Positions 22,355 through 35,334 of a stretch of DNA of 64,000 nucleotides are shown here, piece by piece. A program made the position numbers and the translations under genes. The notes under the pieces were generated by a model that was not told the DNA's origin, made no database searches, and saw only the letters and a list, made by a program, of their open reading frames with translations. Each line of letters starts with the position of its first letter. The first letter of the stretch is position 1. The stretch comes from the human T2T-CHM13v2.0 reference genome, Homo sapiens. Location of the stretch: the NCBI RefSeq assembly GCF_009914755.1, contig NC_060935.1; one strand, written 5' to 3'.

Positions 22355-24146
22355 CTGGGGTAGTGGGGATACTCTGAGGGGCCTGCTGCTGTGTGGGTAG
22401 AGGATAGCCATAGTACAGCCAGGGAAGCTGCCCAAGGAACAGAAGCTGAAGCTGTAGAATGATCATGGGCGAGAGGTTTTATTTAGAATCTGCTCATGTT
22501 TGCCTAATAAATGTAGCAGCCACAGCAAATGAAATTCTTAAAATCTTAGTATTAACAGGTATTGATTCATTTACCATTATTGATGAAAATCAGGTCAGCA
22601 CAGAAGGTGGTGGATACATTACTTTTTCCTTCAAAAGAGCAGTATCACAAGAACTGAGCTTGAGTTACCATGGAATTCTTATAATTAAAGATGCCTCTAC
22701 AACCTTTGTGGAAAAGTCCAGAAAACCTTCCAAACAGTGATCTTTTGTTTTCCTGTATTTTCACCACTGTGCTTGCGATTTGGCTTCCTGAAAGTACATT
22801 ACGATGCTTCCTGATGTCCTCAGGAATTCTCAAATCCCTCTTTTAAACTTTAAGACATATGGACCAGTTGGCCATAGAAGGATCATTTTAAAAGAATACA
22901 CAATAATAGAATTTTACCCAGATAGTGTATTCAAGATCTGTGACTGGATAAATTGTTTTCTGAGCTGAGAGAATATTTCAGTCTTATATTTTAGATCATA
23001 TGTTAAAAAAACCATAGCCATACCCCAAAGATTGTGATCACAGCTAAATATTTAGTACAGTAGAGTAGTAAAACAAATGGGTGAATATCTAAAATGTATG
23101 AAGAAAAAGAGCACTTCAGAGATTTGATTATACAAAAGATTCTAAATAGTACAAATAGGACTTCAGAAGATGAAAAGAATTCTGAAGAAACTATTAAAAT
23201 ATGAACATGGCAATAAATAAATAAATAAATAAATATGAACATGGCAAGAAACTATTAAAATATGAACATGGCAATAAATACTACTTAGATACAAAACAAT
23301 ATTTAAGATATATTTAATAATAATTTCTGAATAAATATCAGCAAACAGACTTCATCCTTTGGGGTTTTGGCTTATGCCTTAAAGGAATTTGTGGCCAAGG
23401 AAGGTCAAGGAAATTTACCTATTCAAGAACAATTTCTGACACAATTGCCAACTGGAAAAAATATATAAATACACAAAATATTTACTGTGTGAAAGCAAAT
23501 TAATATGTTTCCCCTGTGAATAAATCATGCCAACAAAATGCTGCAGTCCATAGACCAGGTGACCAATGACATTGCAAAGAAAGAATTAAAATTACTCTGT
23601 AGCAATTCTTCATTTCTTAGAGTCTGAAGATGTGAATCCTTTACTGAAGAATATGGTTTGGATACAATTAACAGGAATAAAATCTTTTCCAGCATGGGCA
23701 CGGCAGATAATGAAATAGTATTGTACTTAATATTATGGACTAGTGATAGATTTTATATGCAACAATATAGATGTCCATGGATATCTAACTATCAAGTTGA
23801 AGAAAATTTAGGAAAGTGAAAGTCTTGTTTTACTGGTTTCCTTCAGGAATATAGATTCTCTAGTCACAGATTTTGTAAAAATGGAGCTGTTGAGAAACAC
23901 ACTATTGATTCCTGAGAGGAGGTGCTACTCAAAAGATTATCGAAATACTCACTAAACAATTAGTAATTGTTAATAACATATTTATCTTGGCATGTCACAA
24001 ACTCCAGCAACTTCTCAGTTGTGGAATAACAGTGTGTTAATGAATCAAACTGTAATTGCTCCAGGTAGTGCTCTAGTCTATAAAATTCTGCTAAGAGAGA
24101 GCTGTTAAATTATTTCCTTATTAACATTTTTCTCACTTGTAAAAAT
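22355..24146 (+). pseudogene. NAE1: Processed pseudogene of NAE1 (APP-BP1, NEDD8-activating enzyme E1 regulatory subunit)
   Basis: LESAHVCLINVAATANEILKILVLTGIDSFTIIDENQVS matches the NAE1 N-terminus; remnants continue to GMSQT.ATSQL near 24020. It is intronless with many stops and frameshifts, and ATG is changed to ATA at 22410. A-rich tail from 24141. TSD AAAATGTATTTC (22343-22354) / AAAATCTATTTC (24147-24158). Confidence 0.95.
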
Positions 24147-24619
24147 AAAATCTATTTCAGATGATTCTGTTATCTAGCAATACTGAAAGGACTGGCACTG
24201 TCCTGTCATTTTTAATTATGTCTCTATCGATATTTTGGGTGAAAACCTGAAGCCTGCTTTCCCAGGAAGGAAATTCAATTGTGGGGCAAAAAAAAAAAAA
24301 AACCATTTTTCCCCCCATTTAATCACTATGTCTTTGCTTGAGTTCCTGGATCTGATCATCACTAGATTTCCATCTTATACTTCTGCCTGTTTCTTCAAAG
24401 TGTCCTTGGCTAGTTCCTCCTCATATCCTTGATATCTAAAAATTGGAGTGGCCCAGAGCTTAATTCCTGGACACTTTTCTCTCTTTTAGGTACATTAATA
24501 CCTTTGATGGTATAATCCAATTGCTTGGAGTATCGCCCTTAAGCTAATAAATGCAGATGTGTACTTTAAGCCCATTCTTCCTCCCTGGATTCTACACATG
24601 CTATACAACTACCTAGTTT

Positions 24620-25260
24620 TCGTGATTTTGTACTGTGTCAACTTGGCTAAGCTGGGATATGATTTCCCATGATTCTCTTCCCCGTGCACTGCCAAGTTAT
24701 GGTTGATCACACAAAAAAATTGAGATTCGGAAACAAAGCAGGGGTCGTTAAGCAGGGAATGTTGATGCAGGGTGCCAGAGGCTGCTGCAGTTCACACACA
24801 TTTTCACTAATCTGCTGGCTCACCTTGCTAATGAGGAAGGTCACAGTATTCAGTCTCTCTGGCTGCCATTGCATGTTCTCTTTCAGCTTCTCTGGTTTAG
24901 GGCCAGGTACACTGTATATCTGTGGCAAAACAATTTGGCTTCTTCAGCAGGCCAGTCCTTATCATTGAGTGTAGAGGGAATAAGAGAAAAAGTTCCACTT
25001 TGCCATGGTAGGTTATTCCGTATTGTTTTTGTGGATTCATTTTCTATTGCTAACTCTGTGTTCACTGTCTTTCTTCTTTCCAGCTGCCAGTCCTGCTGTC
25101 TAAGAGTGATTTCAAGATCACCACCAGATGCAAACATAATAGCCTTCCAAAGAAATCTTCACCAGTTCCAACGATTTTGGAAGGTCTAATCTGTAATAAG
25201 TCCCTTCTACCATATCATTCCTAGCGGTCCTGCTTCCTTGATTAAATCCTAATGGATGTG
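24620..25260 (+). mobile_element. MLT2E/F-like ERVL LTR
   Basis: TTTGTACTGTGTCAACTTGGCTAAGCTGG...TTTCCCA at the start and GTCCTGCTTCCTTGATTAAATCCT near the end. Confidence 0.7.
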
Positions 25261-25767
25261 CTACATGTTACTCGATGCCTACTTGGCCTCTCAAATGTAG
25301 CACATTCACAACTGAATTCCTGATATTACTTCTACCACAAACTTGCTTTTCTCATGTTCTCCAGCACATTAAAAGCAACATTTTTCTTCCTTTTATTCAA
25401 GCCAAACATCTTGGAGTCATCCTTGATGCCTCTCTTTCACCCGCATTCATATTATTTATTTTAGTAACATCTTTAAAATATATTATTCCATCCTCTACCT
25501 GGCACTTTACTGTGGTCTAAGTAAGTCATGTCTCACTGGCATAATTACATTAGTTTTGCTATGTGTCTTCTTGTTTCTGATCCTGCTCCTAAATCTATTA
25601 CCCATTCACCTGACAGACTGAGTCTGTTACAAAATAAATAAGGTAATGTCACTTCTTTGTTCAGGAATTTTCAAGGTTTTCAATCTCAGTTGGAGTAAAA
25701 GGTTAAGTTCTCATGCTGATTCAAAAGAACCTACTTCACCTGGTGCCACCATTACCTTTTCTTATTG

Positions 25768-25790
25768 TCTCTCCTCCTCTTCCTCCTCCT

Positions 25791-25830
<40 letters not shown>
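25768..25830. repeat. (TC)n polypyrimidine microsatellite
   Basis: Read directly. Confidence 0.9.
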
Positions 25831-26593
25831 TGGATCACCTGTTCTATCAACATTGACCTCCTCCTCAAACCAGGGATTCTCCTGCCTCCAGATGTTCATG
25901 CTTGCTTTTTCCTCTGCTAGATGTGCTTTTCTACAGGAAATCACATGACTTGTCTTTCCCCTTCTTCCAGACTTGTTTTTTTAATCCTTCCAGAAAACCA
26001 GCTTTAAAATGACAACCCTACTCATTCACAAAATATCTTCCTTTCTTGCTACAGACTTTTGTCCTTAGCACTTAGTTCCCATTATAATACTATATATATG
26101 TTTTATTTATTTATTTTTGTATGTCATCTACTAGACTATTAATTTGATTAGGGTAATTATATTGGCTGTTCTATCCAATAGATCCAATAGTGTAACCCAA
26201 ATCCATGGTGCCATGTCTTGCAAATGGCAGGCTCTTAATAAATATTTGTTGGATAAGGGAAGGAATGCCAATGTGAAAATTAATACAGTGGCTAAAATCA
26301 AAAGGAGTAAAACCTTAGAAATTTCATATGGTTCAGTGTGACAGATAAAATGGCACAGGTCTAGTATAGGAACTAGGCTACAATAGCAGCCATTAGTTCA
26401 GGACCTAATGAATGTAACATGAGTGGCCTAATGAAATTAACCCTCCCAAATCAAGTCTCTCCTCAGGCCTCTCTATTCCCTGAGACACAACAATATTGAA
26501 ATCTGGGAAACTAAGAATTGTACAGTGGCTTCCAAGTGTTCAAGTGAAAGGAAGAGTCACATTTGTCTCACCTTAAATCAAAAGCTAGAAATG

Positions 26594-26911
26594 GGCTGAG
26601 CATGGTGGCCCATACCTGTAATTCCAGCATTTTGGGACACCAAAGCAGGAGTATCACTTGAGGCCAAAAGTTTGATATCAGCCTGGGCAATATAGCCAGA
26701 CTCTGTCTTTAGAAAAAAAACAAAAAATAGCTGGCATGGTGATGCACGCCTTTCATCCTAGCTACTCTAGAGTCTGAGGTTGGAGGATCACTTGACCACA
26801 GGAGGTCAAGGCTGCAGTGAGCCAAGACTTTGCCACTGCACTCTGGCCTGGGTGAAAAAGCAAGACACTGTCTCTAAATAAATAATAATTAAATTAAAAA
26901 GTAAATTTTTA
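26594..26911 (+). mobile_element. AluJ inside Tigger1
   Basis: J-type GAGGTCAAGGCTGCAG. TSD AAAAGCTAGAAATG at 26580-26593 and 26912-26925. Confidence 0.92.
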
Positions 26912-28360
26912 AAAAGCTAGAAATGATTAAGATATGTTAAAAGTTAAGATTGGCTGAAAACTAGACCTCTTGCACCAGTTAGCAAAGTTATAAATGCAAA
27001 ATAAAAGTTTTTGATGGAAATTAAATGTGTAATTTCAATAAACACATGAATGCTAAGAAAGCCAGACAGCTTACACCAATATGGGGAAAGTTTGAGTGGT
27101 CTACATAGATTAAACCATCTACAACCTTCCCTTAAGCCAAAGCGTAATCCAAACCAAGGTCCTAACTCTTGTCTATTCTAAGGAGGCTGAGAAAGGTGAG
27201 GAAGCTACAGAAGATATGAAAGCTAGCAGAGATAGGCTCATAAAGTTTAAGAAAATAGGCCATCTCCATGACATAAAAGTGCAAGGTGAAGCATCAAGTG
27301 CTGATGTAGAAACTGCAGCAAGTTATCCAGAAGAACTTGCTAAAATAATAGTGAAAGCAGCTATGTCTAGCAGATTTTCAGTGTAAATGAAACAGCCTTT
27401 TATTGGAAGAAGATGTCATCTAGGACTTTCATAGCTACAGAGAAAAATCCAATGTCTGGCTTCAAATCTTCAAAGGACTGGCTAACTCACTTATTAGGGG
27501 CTAAGGCACCTGATTACTTTAAGTTAAGCCAATGCTTGCCTGTCATTTCAGAAATCTTAGGGCCCTTAAGAATTATGCTAAATCTGCCCTGCTCATGCTC
27601 TAGAAATGAAACAACAAAGCCTGGATAATTGCATGTCTGTTTATAGCATGGTTTACTCCATATTTTAAGCCCAGTATTGAGACCTACTGCTCAAAAAAGA
27701 TTTGTTTTTAAATTTTACTGCTAATTGGCAATGCACCTGGTCACCCAAGAGTTCTGACAGAGATATACAAGGAGATTAATGTTGTTTTCTTGCTTCCTAA
27801 AACAACATCTATTCTACTGCCTATGGATCAAGGAGTAATTTTGGCTTTCAAGTCTTATTATTTAAGAAATACATTTCATAAAACTGTAGTTTCCATAGAT
27901 AGTGATTCCACTGATGGATCTGGGCAAAGTAAGCTAAAAACCTCCTAGAAAGGATTCACCATTCCAAACTTTATTAAGAACATTCCTGATTCATGAGAGA
28001 AGGTCAAAATATCAACATTAGCAGGGGTTTGGAAGAAATTGATTCCAACCCTTGTGGATGACTCTGCAGGGTTCAAGATTTCAGTAACTTCAGGAGGAAG
28101 TTACTGCAATGTGGTAGAAATAGCAAAAGAATTATAACTGAAAGTGAGCCTGAAGATGTGATTGAAATGCTGCAATATCATGATAAAATTTTAATGAATG
28201 AGAAGTTGCTTCTTACGAATGAGCAAAGAAAGTTGTTTCTTGAGACAGAAGTTATTCTTTGTGAAGATGTAGTGAAAGCTGTTGAAATGACAACAAAGGC
28301 TTTAGAATATTACATAAACTTAGTTAGTAAAGCAGTGGTAGGATTCGAGAGGATTGACTT

Positions 28361-28742
28361 TGTATTAGTCTGTTCTTGCTCTGCTATAAAGAGATACCTG
28401 AGGCTGGGTACTTTATAGAGGAAAGAGTTTCATTGGCTCATGGTCCCACAGGCTGTACAGGAGGCATAGTGGCTTCTGCTTCTGAGGAGGCCTTAGGAAG
28501 TTTCCAATCATGGCGAAAGGCAAAGATGAGCAAGTCATCTGTCATGACTGGAACAGGAGGAAAGTTGGGAGAGATGCCACACACTTTTAAACAATCAGAT
28601 CTTATGACAACTCTCTCATTATCACCAGAACGGCACCCTGGGAAAAATCCACCCGTCTGTTCCAATCACCTCTCACCAGGCCCCACCTCCAACTTTGGGA
28701 ATTAAAACTGAACATGAGATTTGGGTTGGGGACATTCAAAAA
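28361..28742 (-). mobile_element. MSTA-like MaLR solo LTR inside Tigger1
   Basis: TGTATTAGTCTGTTCTTG...CTATAAAGAGATACCTGAGGCTGGG...CATGAGATTTGGG. Confidence 0.88.
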
Positions 28743-29587
28743 GCTTTGCTGTTTGCTATCAAACAGCATCATGTGCAACAGAGAAATATTTTGTGAAAGA
28801 AGAGTAAATAAATGCAGAAAACTTAATTGTGGTCTTACTTTAAGAAATAGCCACAGCCACCTCAACCTTCAGCAACAACCACCTTGATCAGTCAGCAGCC
28901 GTCAATATCAAGCCAAGACTCTCTAGGAGCAAAAAGATTATGCCTCACTGAAGGCTCAGATGATCTTCAGCTTTTCTAGCAATAGTTGAGGTATATAAAC
29001 TTCTTAGGCATAATGTTAATGCACACTTAACATTACGGAGTCAAGTGTTAGCAACGTAACTTTTCTGCTATTAGTCTGTTCTCATAGTACTATAAAGAAA
29101 TACCTGTGAGGTATGTCTTTACCTTAGCAACTCTGTGAAATCAGATTTTCGTATCTCCCTTGTTTACTCCATAATGGTCTATAGTATGGTGTAAATATAA
29201 TTTTTATATGCACTGGGAAACAAAAAAAAATGTGTGACTTACCATATTGCAATACTCAATTCATTCTGGTGGTCTGGAACCAAACTCACCATATCTCCTA
29301 AGTATGCCTGTGTCGAAGCCAGTTCTCATTTTTCCTTTGTAATTCACTGTGAAGTAATTGTCTACTGAGCAAATGTTACTATTTTATATTAAACAAAATT
29401 CTACAGCTTGTCTCTTCCATGAGTAAAAAGAAACGTAAAGAAGTTATCTCTTTTGGCCTTCAGTGTACAATGATTATTATAATGTCTTATTCTCAGAAAA
29501 AATATTTGAAGAATAACAGACAAATACTCAACCTACATCTTTTTCATTATTTATTTTTAGCCCACCTTAATAATAGAATGTTGCTAT

Positions 29588-30493
29588 TGTTGATGAAAAA
29601 AGCCAAACTCAGAAAATATTTGAAAAGGTTTATGCTGAGCCAAATTTGAGGATCATGGCCCTTGACACAGACTCAGGAGGTCCTGAGAACATGTGCCCAA
29701 GGTGGTTGGGCTACAGTTTGGTTTTATAAATTTTAGAGAGACAGAAATTACAGGCAAAGACATAAATCCATGCGTATAAAATATACATTGGTTTGGTCAG
29801 GAAAGGTGGGACATCTTGAGTAGTGGGGCTCCCAGCCAGGTCATGAGTGAATTAAAATATTTTCTGATTGACAATTGGTTGAAAGAGTTAAGCTATGCCT
29901 GAAGAATTGAAGTCAGTATAAATACTTGAGTTAAGATAAGGCAAGTTCTGGAAGCCAAGATTCTTGTTATTTAGATGAAGCCTCCAGGTAACAGGCTTTG
30001 GATCAAATAGATGATTAATATCTCTTATCAGGCCTAAAAATGTGTCAGACTCTCTGGAAAAGGAAGTTCCGGATAGAATATTAAATTGATAAGGAATGAA
30101 GATTCTCTACAGAGTGTAAACTTCTTCCTCAAGGGACAGCTTTGCAGGGCCATTTCAAAATATGCAAAATAAAACATATCTGAGGATAAAATATTCAGAT
30201 TTCCTTCAGGGCTACCATCTGTCATGTGATACTATACTAAACTCAGGTTGGAATTTGCTATCATCTTATTGCTACAAAGAGTCTGTTTTGTCAGTCTTAT
30301 GATCTCTATTTTAATGTTAATACTGGCCAGCTGTGCCTAAATTCCAAAAGGAGGAGAGTATAAGAGGCTATATACAACCTCTCTTCCTGTCATGGCCTGC
30401 ACTAGTTTTTGGGTTTTCTTTCAGATCCCCTTGGCCAATAGGGAGGATCCATTCAGTCAGCTGGGGGGCTTAGAATTTTATTTTTGTTTTACA
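29588..30493 (-). mobile_element. MER4D-like ERV1 solo LTR
   Basis: The minus strand starts TGTAAAACAAAAATAAAATTCTAAGCCCCCC; contains GGAGGTCCTGAGAACATGTGCCCAAGG; about 900 bp. Confidence 0.85.
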
Positions 30494-31313
30494 GCATTAT
30501 ATCCAGTCTATGTCTACTAGGGGAGAAAAAGCCTTCAAGTAAGATAAAAATAAGACAAAACAAAACATCCACTCCACTTAATGAGGTATCAGACAAGAGG
30601 AAAAGTATCCTTGTAATTTGGGGAGGCACTTCTAGATGGGAGGTTAAACTGATAATGGAAAAGAGATGCTAACTGAATGAGCAGCTAAAAAAAAAGCAAC
30701 ATATTGATTTCCTCTGATGTGGTCAGACAAGTGTTTATTTTTGTTTTATTTTTCCTTAGCAACTCTGTGTGGTCGGCTTTTTCTATCACCATTGTTTACT
30801 TGAATAAATTAAAGATAATAAAGTTATACAAGCTAGAATGCATTATTTAATTATACTTACCTTGTCTCAAAAATAATTGAATAATTTTAAGATCTTACAA
30901 CTAATAAGCAAATTTGGAACATGTATCTGTCTGATGTCAAGCTTTTGCCCTGTCAACAAAATTATCCCATGATTCCTTAGGCAGATGAATGTATTAATAA
31001 CTAGGCAAATTGTTTTTATGAATTCTTTTTTTCTCTACCTAAAATAGTTTAAGGTTATTGGATTGAATTAAGATTAGGATACTAAAGCTGAATTTATCTA
31101 TCCTCCAAGAGTAATTTAAATTTATATAGGTCATTAAAAAGTTGTTTTCACATCTAAGAAAAGTCATCACAATTCTAAGATGACTCAAGTACTTCTTAAA
31201 AAACTCTTGACTTCATAAGGAAACATGTCTCCTCAGCATTATAATTCCTTCAGTGGTCATTTTTGTAGCTTGTACACTGGAGACTGTTTCATTAATACTT
31301 TGGTGAGAATTTT

Positions 31314-31314
<1 letters not shown>

Positions 31315-31355
<41 letters not shown>

Positions 31356-31647
31356 AGACAGAGGACAGAGTCTTGCTCTGTAGCCCAAGCTGGAGTGCAG
31401 TAGTGCAATCTCGGCTCACTGCAACCTCCACCTTCTGGGTCCCAGGTCAAGCAATTATCCTGCCTCAGCCTCATGAGTAGCTGGGATTACAGGTGCGTGC
31501 CACCATGCCCAGCTAATTTTTGTATTTTTAGGAGAGACGGGGTTTCACTATGTTGACCAGGCTGACCTTGAACTCCTGACCTCGTGATCCGCCCGCCTCA
31601 GCCTCCCAAAGTGCTGGGATTACAGGCGTAAGCCACTGCGCCCAGCC
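31315..31647 (-). mobile_element. AluS (Sg/Sc-like) with a long pure T tract
   Basis: Antisense dimer with TSD core TGAGAATTTT on both sides. Confidence 0.95.
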
Positions 31648-31689
31648 TTAATGAGAATTTTACACCTGACTTGGTTCAGCCACTCCCAA

Positions 31690-32417
31690 TGAAACCAACT
31701 TTGCAAAAATAACTAAAACAATTATTGCAGTGAAAGACACCTTACCTAAATGACTCCATCTTGCTTCTAACCTGCAAGCTGTCCTCCTTCATTCCTGAGC
31801 TTAGGCTGAACTAACTTTAGGAGAACATAGTTAATAGTTGTGCTTTGAAACAAAGATGAAAACAGCCCTTTCCCAAAACAAACCCTCTTCGTATGTAGAG
31901 ACTAGACTGCCTTTGCAGGACCAACAAATTAGCCACAAGATTAGAACTTCCGGTTTAGGAGTCATGCAGCTGGAGGTTGCAAGATTCTAAACCTCCCCAA
32001 ATTGCTCCTGGGGATAACATCACTATTGTAAAACGTAAGATCAGTGCTTGAGATATTTTGCAGACCCTGCACTGAATGGATCAGCTGGCACAACCCAGAT
32101 TGATAAACTGGCTTATCTGGTCTTGTGTTCCCCACTCAGGAAGCAATGAAGCACAAAAGGACAGCTTTGACTCCTTAAGATTACATCTTTGAGCCAACCA
32201 GTGAGAACTCCTGACTCACTGGCCCCCTACCCACCAAATTATTCTTAAAAACTCCGATCCCCGAAGTCTCATAGAGACTGATTTGAGTAATAATAAAACT
32301 CCAGTCTCCCGCATAGCCGGCTCTGCATGAATTACTTTTTCTCTATTGCAATTTTCCTGTCCTGATAAATCGACTTTTTCTAGACAACAGGAAAGGTGAA
32401 CTCATTGGACGTTTACA
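31690..32417 (+). mobile_element. LTR8-family ERV1 solo LTR
   Basis: TGAAACC..CTTTGCAAAA...GACTCCATCTTGCTTCTAACCT...GAGTAATAATAAAACTCC...TTACA. Confidence 0.88.
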
Positions 32418-32934
32418 CAAAGATATTGCAAAGTCAAATCTGAAAGAAAGTCATCTTCTCTCAAGTTTTAGCTACCATGTTCCAAGGTTGTCAGGCATTT
32501 AAAAAAAAAAATTAAATGTCTTTCTTTACACTTACAAGTTCATATACTTGCTTTGTATCTATGTTTTAAAAATAAACCAAAGCTTCAAATTCCTTCTTTA
32601 AATTTAAAATAGAGAGTCTGTTAGAATCTTCCTGTCAACTGGAGTCTTCTAAATATGAGAATATTTATCATATGGAAAATTATCGGTACAATTATAGCTA
32701 CTCCTAACATATTAAATATGACTTTGACTATCAACACACCGAATATAGGCTTTTATATGCTAAAAGGTTCTAATGCATCGGTTATATAATAGCTGTAATA
32801 ATAGAACGTACTACTCTAACACATGTGTCCATCTCATAAGATAAAACATTACTCTTAAGTTTAGCATTCACTGTTGATTAGTGTTATAGCAGTGGATATT
32901 TGGCAAAATAGTGGTTTAAGAATATAGACTTTCA

Positions 32935-34157
<1,223 letters not shown>

Positions 34158-34221
34158 CACTTTCAAATTCTCGTTGTATGGTAGTAAAAACTGACCTGTG
34201 TGGTAAAATGAGGTAAATTTC

Positions 34222-35283
34222 AAGCTACTTCATGGACCACTTTTGCCAGCACCTGTTATTTTCTGTCTTTGTGATAATAGCCATTTCAACTGCATACGAT
34301 GATATCTCATTTTGGCTTTCATTTACATTTCCCTGATGATTACTGATGTCGAGGATTGTTTTGTGTACTTATTAGCTATTTGTATGTCTTTTTTTTGAGA
34401 AATGTCTATCTGGATCCTTTGTCCTTTTTTTAATCAGATTATTTGTTTCCTTGCTATTGAGTTGTGTTTATTTTATATATTTTATGTTAAACCCTTATCA
34501 GATGTATGTTTTACAAATATTATCAAATATTTATAGGTTGTCTCTCTTCACTGCGTTCATTCTGCTGTGCAGCTTTTTAGTATGATATAATCCCATTTGT
34601 CTATTTTTGCTTTTTTGTCCCAACAGCATTTATTGAAGAGACTGTGTTTTCCCATTGTGTATTCTTGACATCTTTGTTGAAAAATCAGTTGATCATAAAT
34701 GCACTGATTTATTCCTGAGACTCTAATTCTGTTCCATTGGTTTATGTGTTTGTTTTTATGCTGTTACTATGTTGTTCTGATTATTATGCTTTTTAAATGT
34801 ATTATAAATTCAGGTTTTTTGATGGCTTTAGCTTTGTTATTTTTGCTCAAGATTGCTTTGGCTGTTTAGGTTCTTTGGAGATCCCCCTAATAATTTTTTG
34901 ATATTTTAAAATTTGTATGAAAAAAGTCATTGGAATTTTGAAAGGAATTGCATTGCAGTTGAATATCATTTTAGGTAGTATGAACTTCTTAACAATATTA
35001 ATTCTTCCAATCTGCGAGGATATCTTTCCATTTATTTGTGCCTTCTTCCATTTGTTTCATCAATGGTTCAAAGTTTTATATGTACGGCTCTTTCACCTCC
35101 TTGGTTAAATGTATTCTAAGGTTTTTTACTGTAGCTATTGTAAACATGATTGTTTTCATGATTTCATTTTTGGATAGTTCACTGTTAGTATATAGAAATG
35201 CCAATTATATTTATATGTTGATATTGTATCCTTCAACTTTACTTCTCTTTTAGTTCTAATCAGTTTTTGGTGGAGTCCATATA

Positions 35284-35334
<51 letters not shown>

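Larger units (their letters stand above)
24310..26260 (+). mobile_element. L2a 3' region split by an MLT2 LTR
   Basis: CCAAACATCTTGGAGTCATCCTTGATGCCTCTCTTTC and terminal AATAAATATTTGTTGGAT are L2 hallmarks. Confidence 0.8.
26450..29310 (+). mobile_element. Tigger1 DNA transposon, 5' end missing, transposase decayed, interrupted three times
   Basis: Transposase remnants (QIFSVNETAFYWKKMSSRTFIA; [18 protein letters not shown]) and the 3' terminus TCTGGAACCAAACTCACCATATCTCCTAAGTATGCCTG. Confidence 0.93.

Noticed and set aside
22459-22740. 93-aa ORF as a functional NAE1-derived protein
   Set aside because: It matches NAE1 for only about 45 residues and then frameshifts; the rest of the copy is full of stops.
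24288-24302. A15 run as the NAE1 pseudogene tail
   Set aside because: The TSD match places the end at about 24146, and no TSD follows this run.
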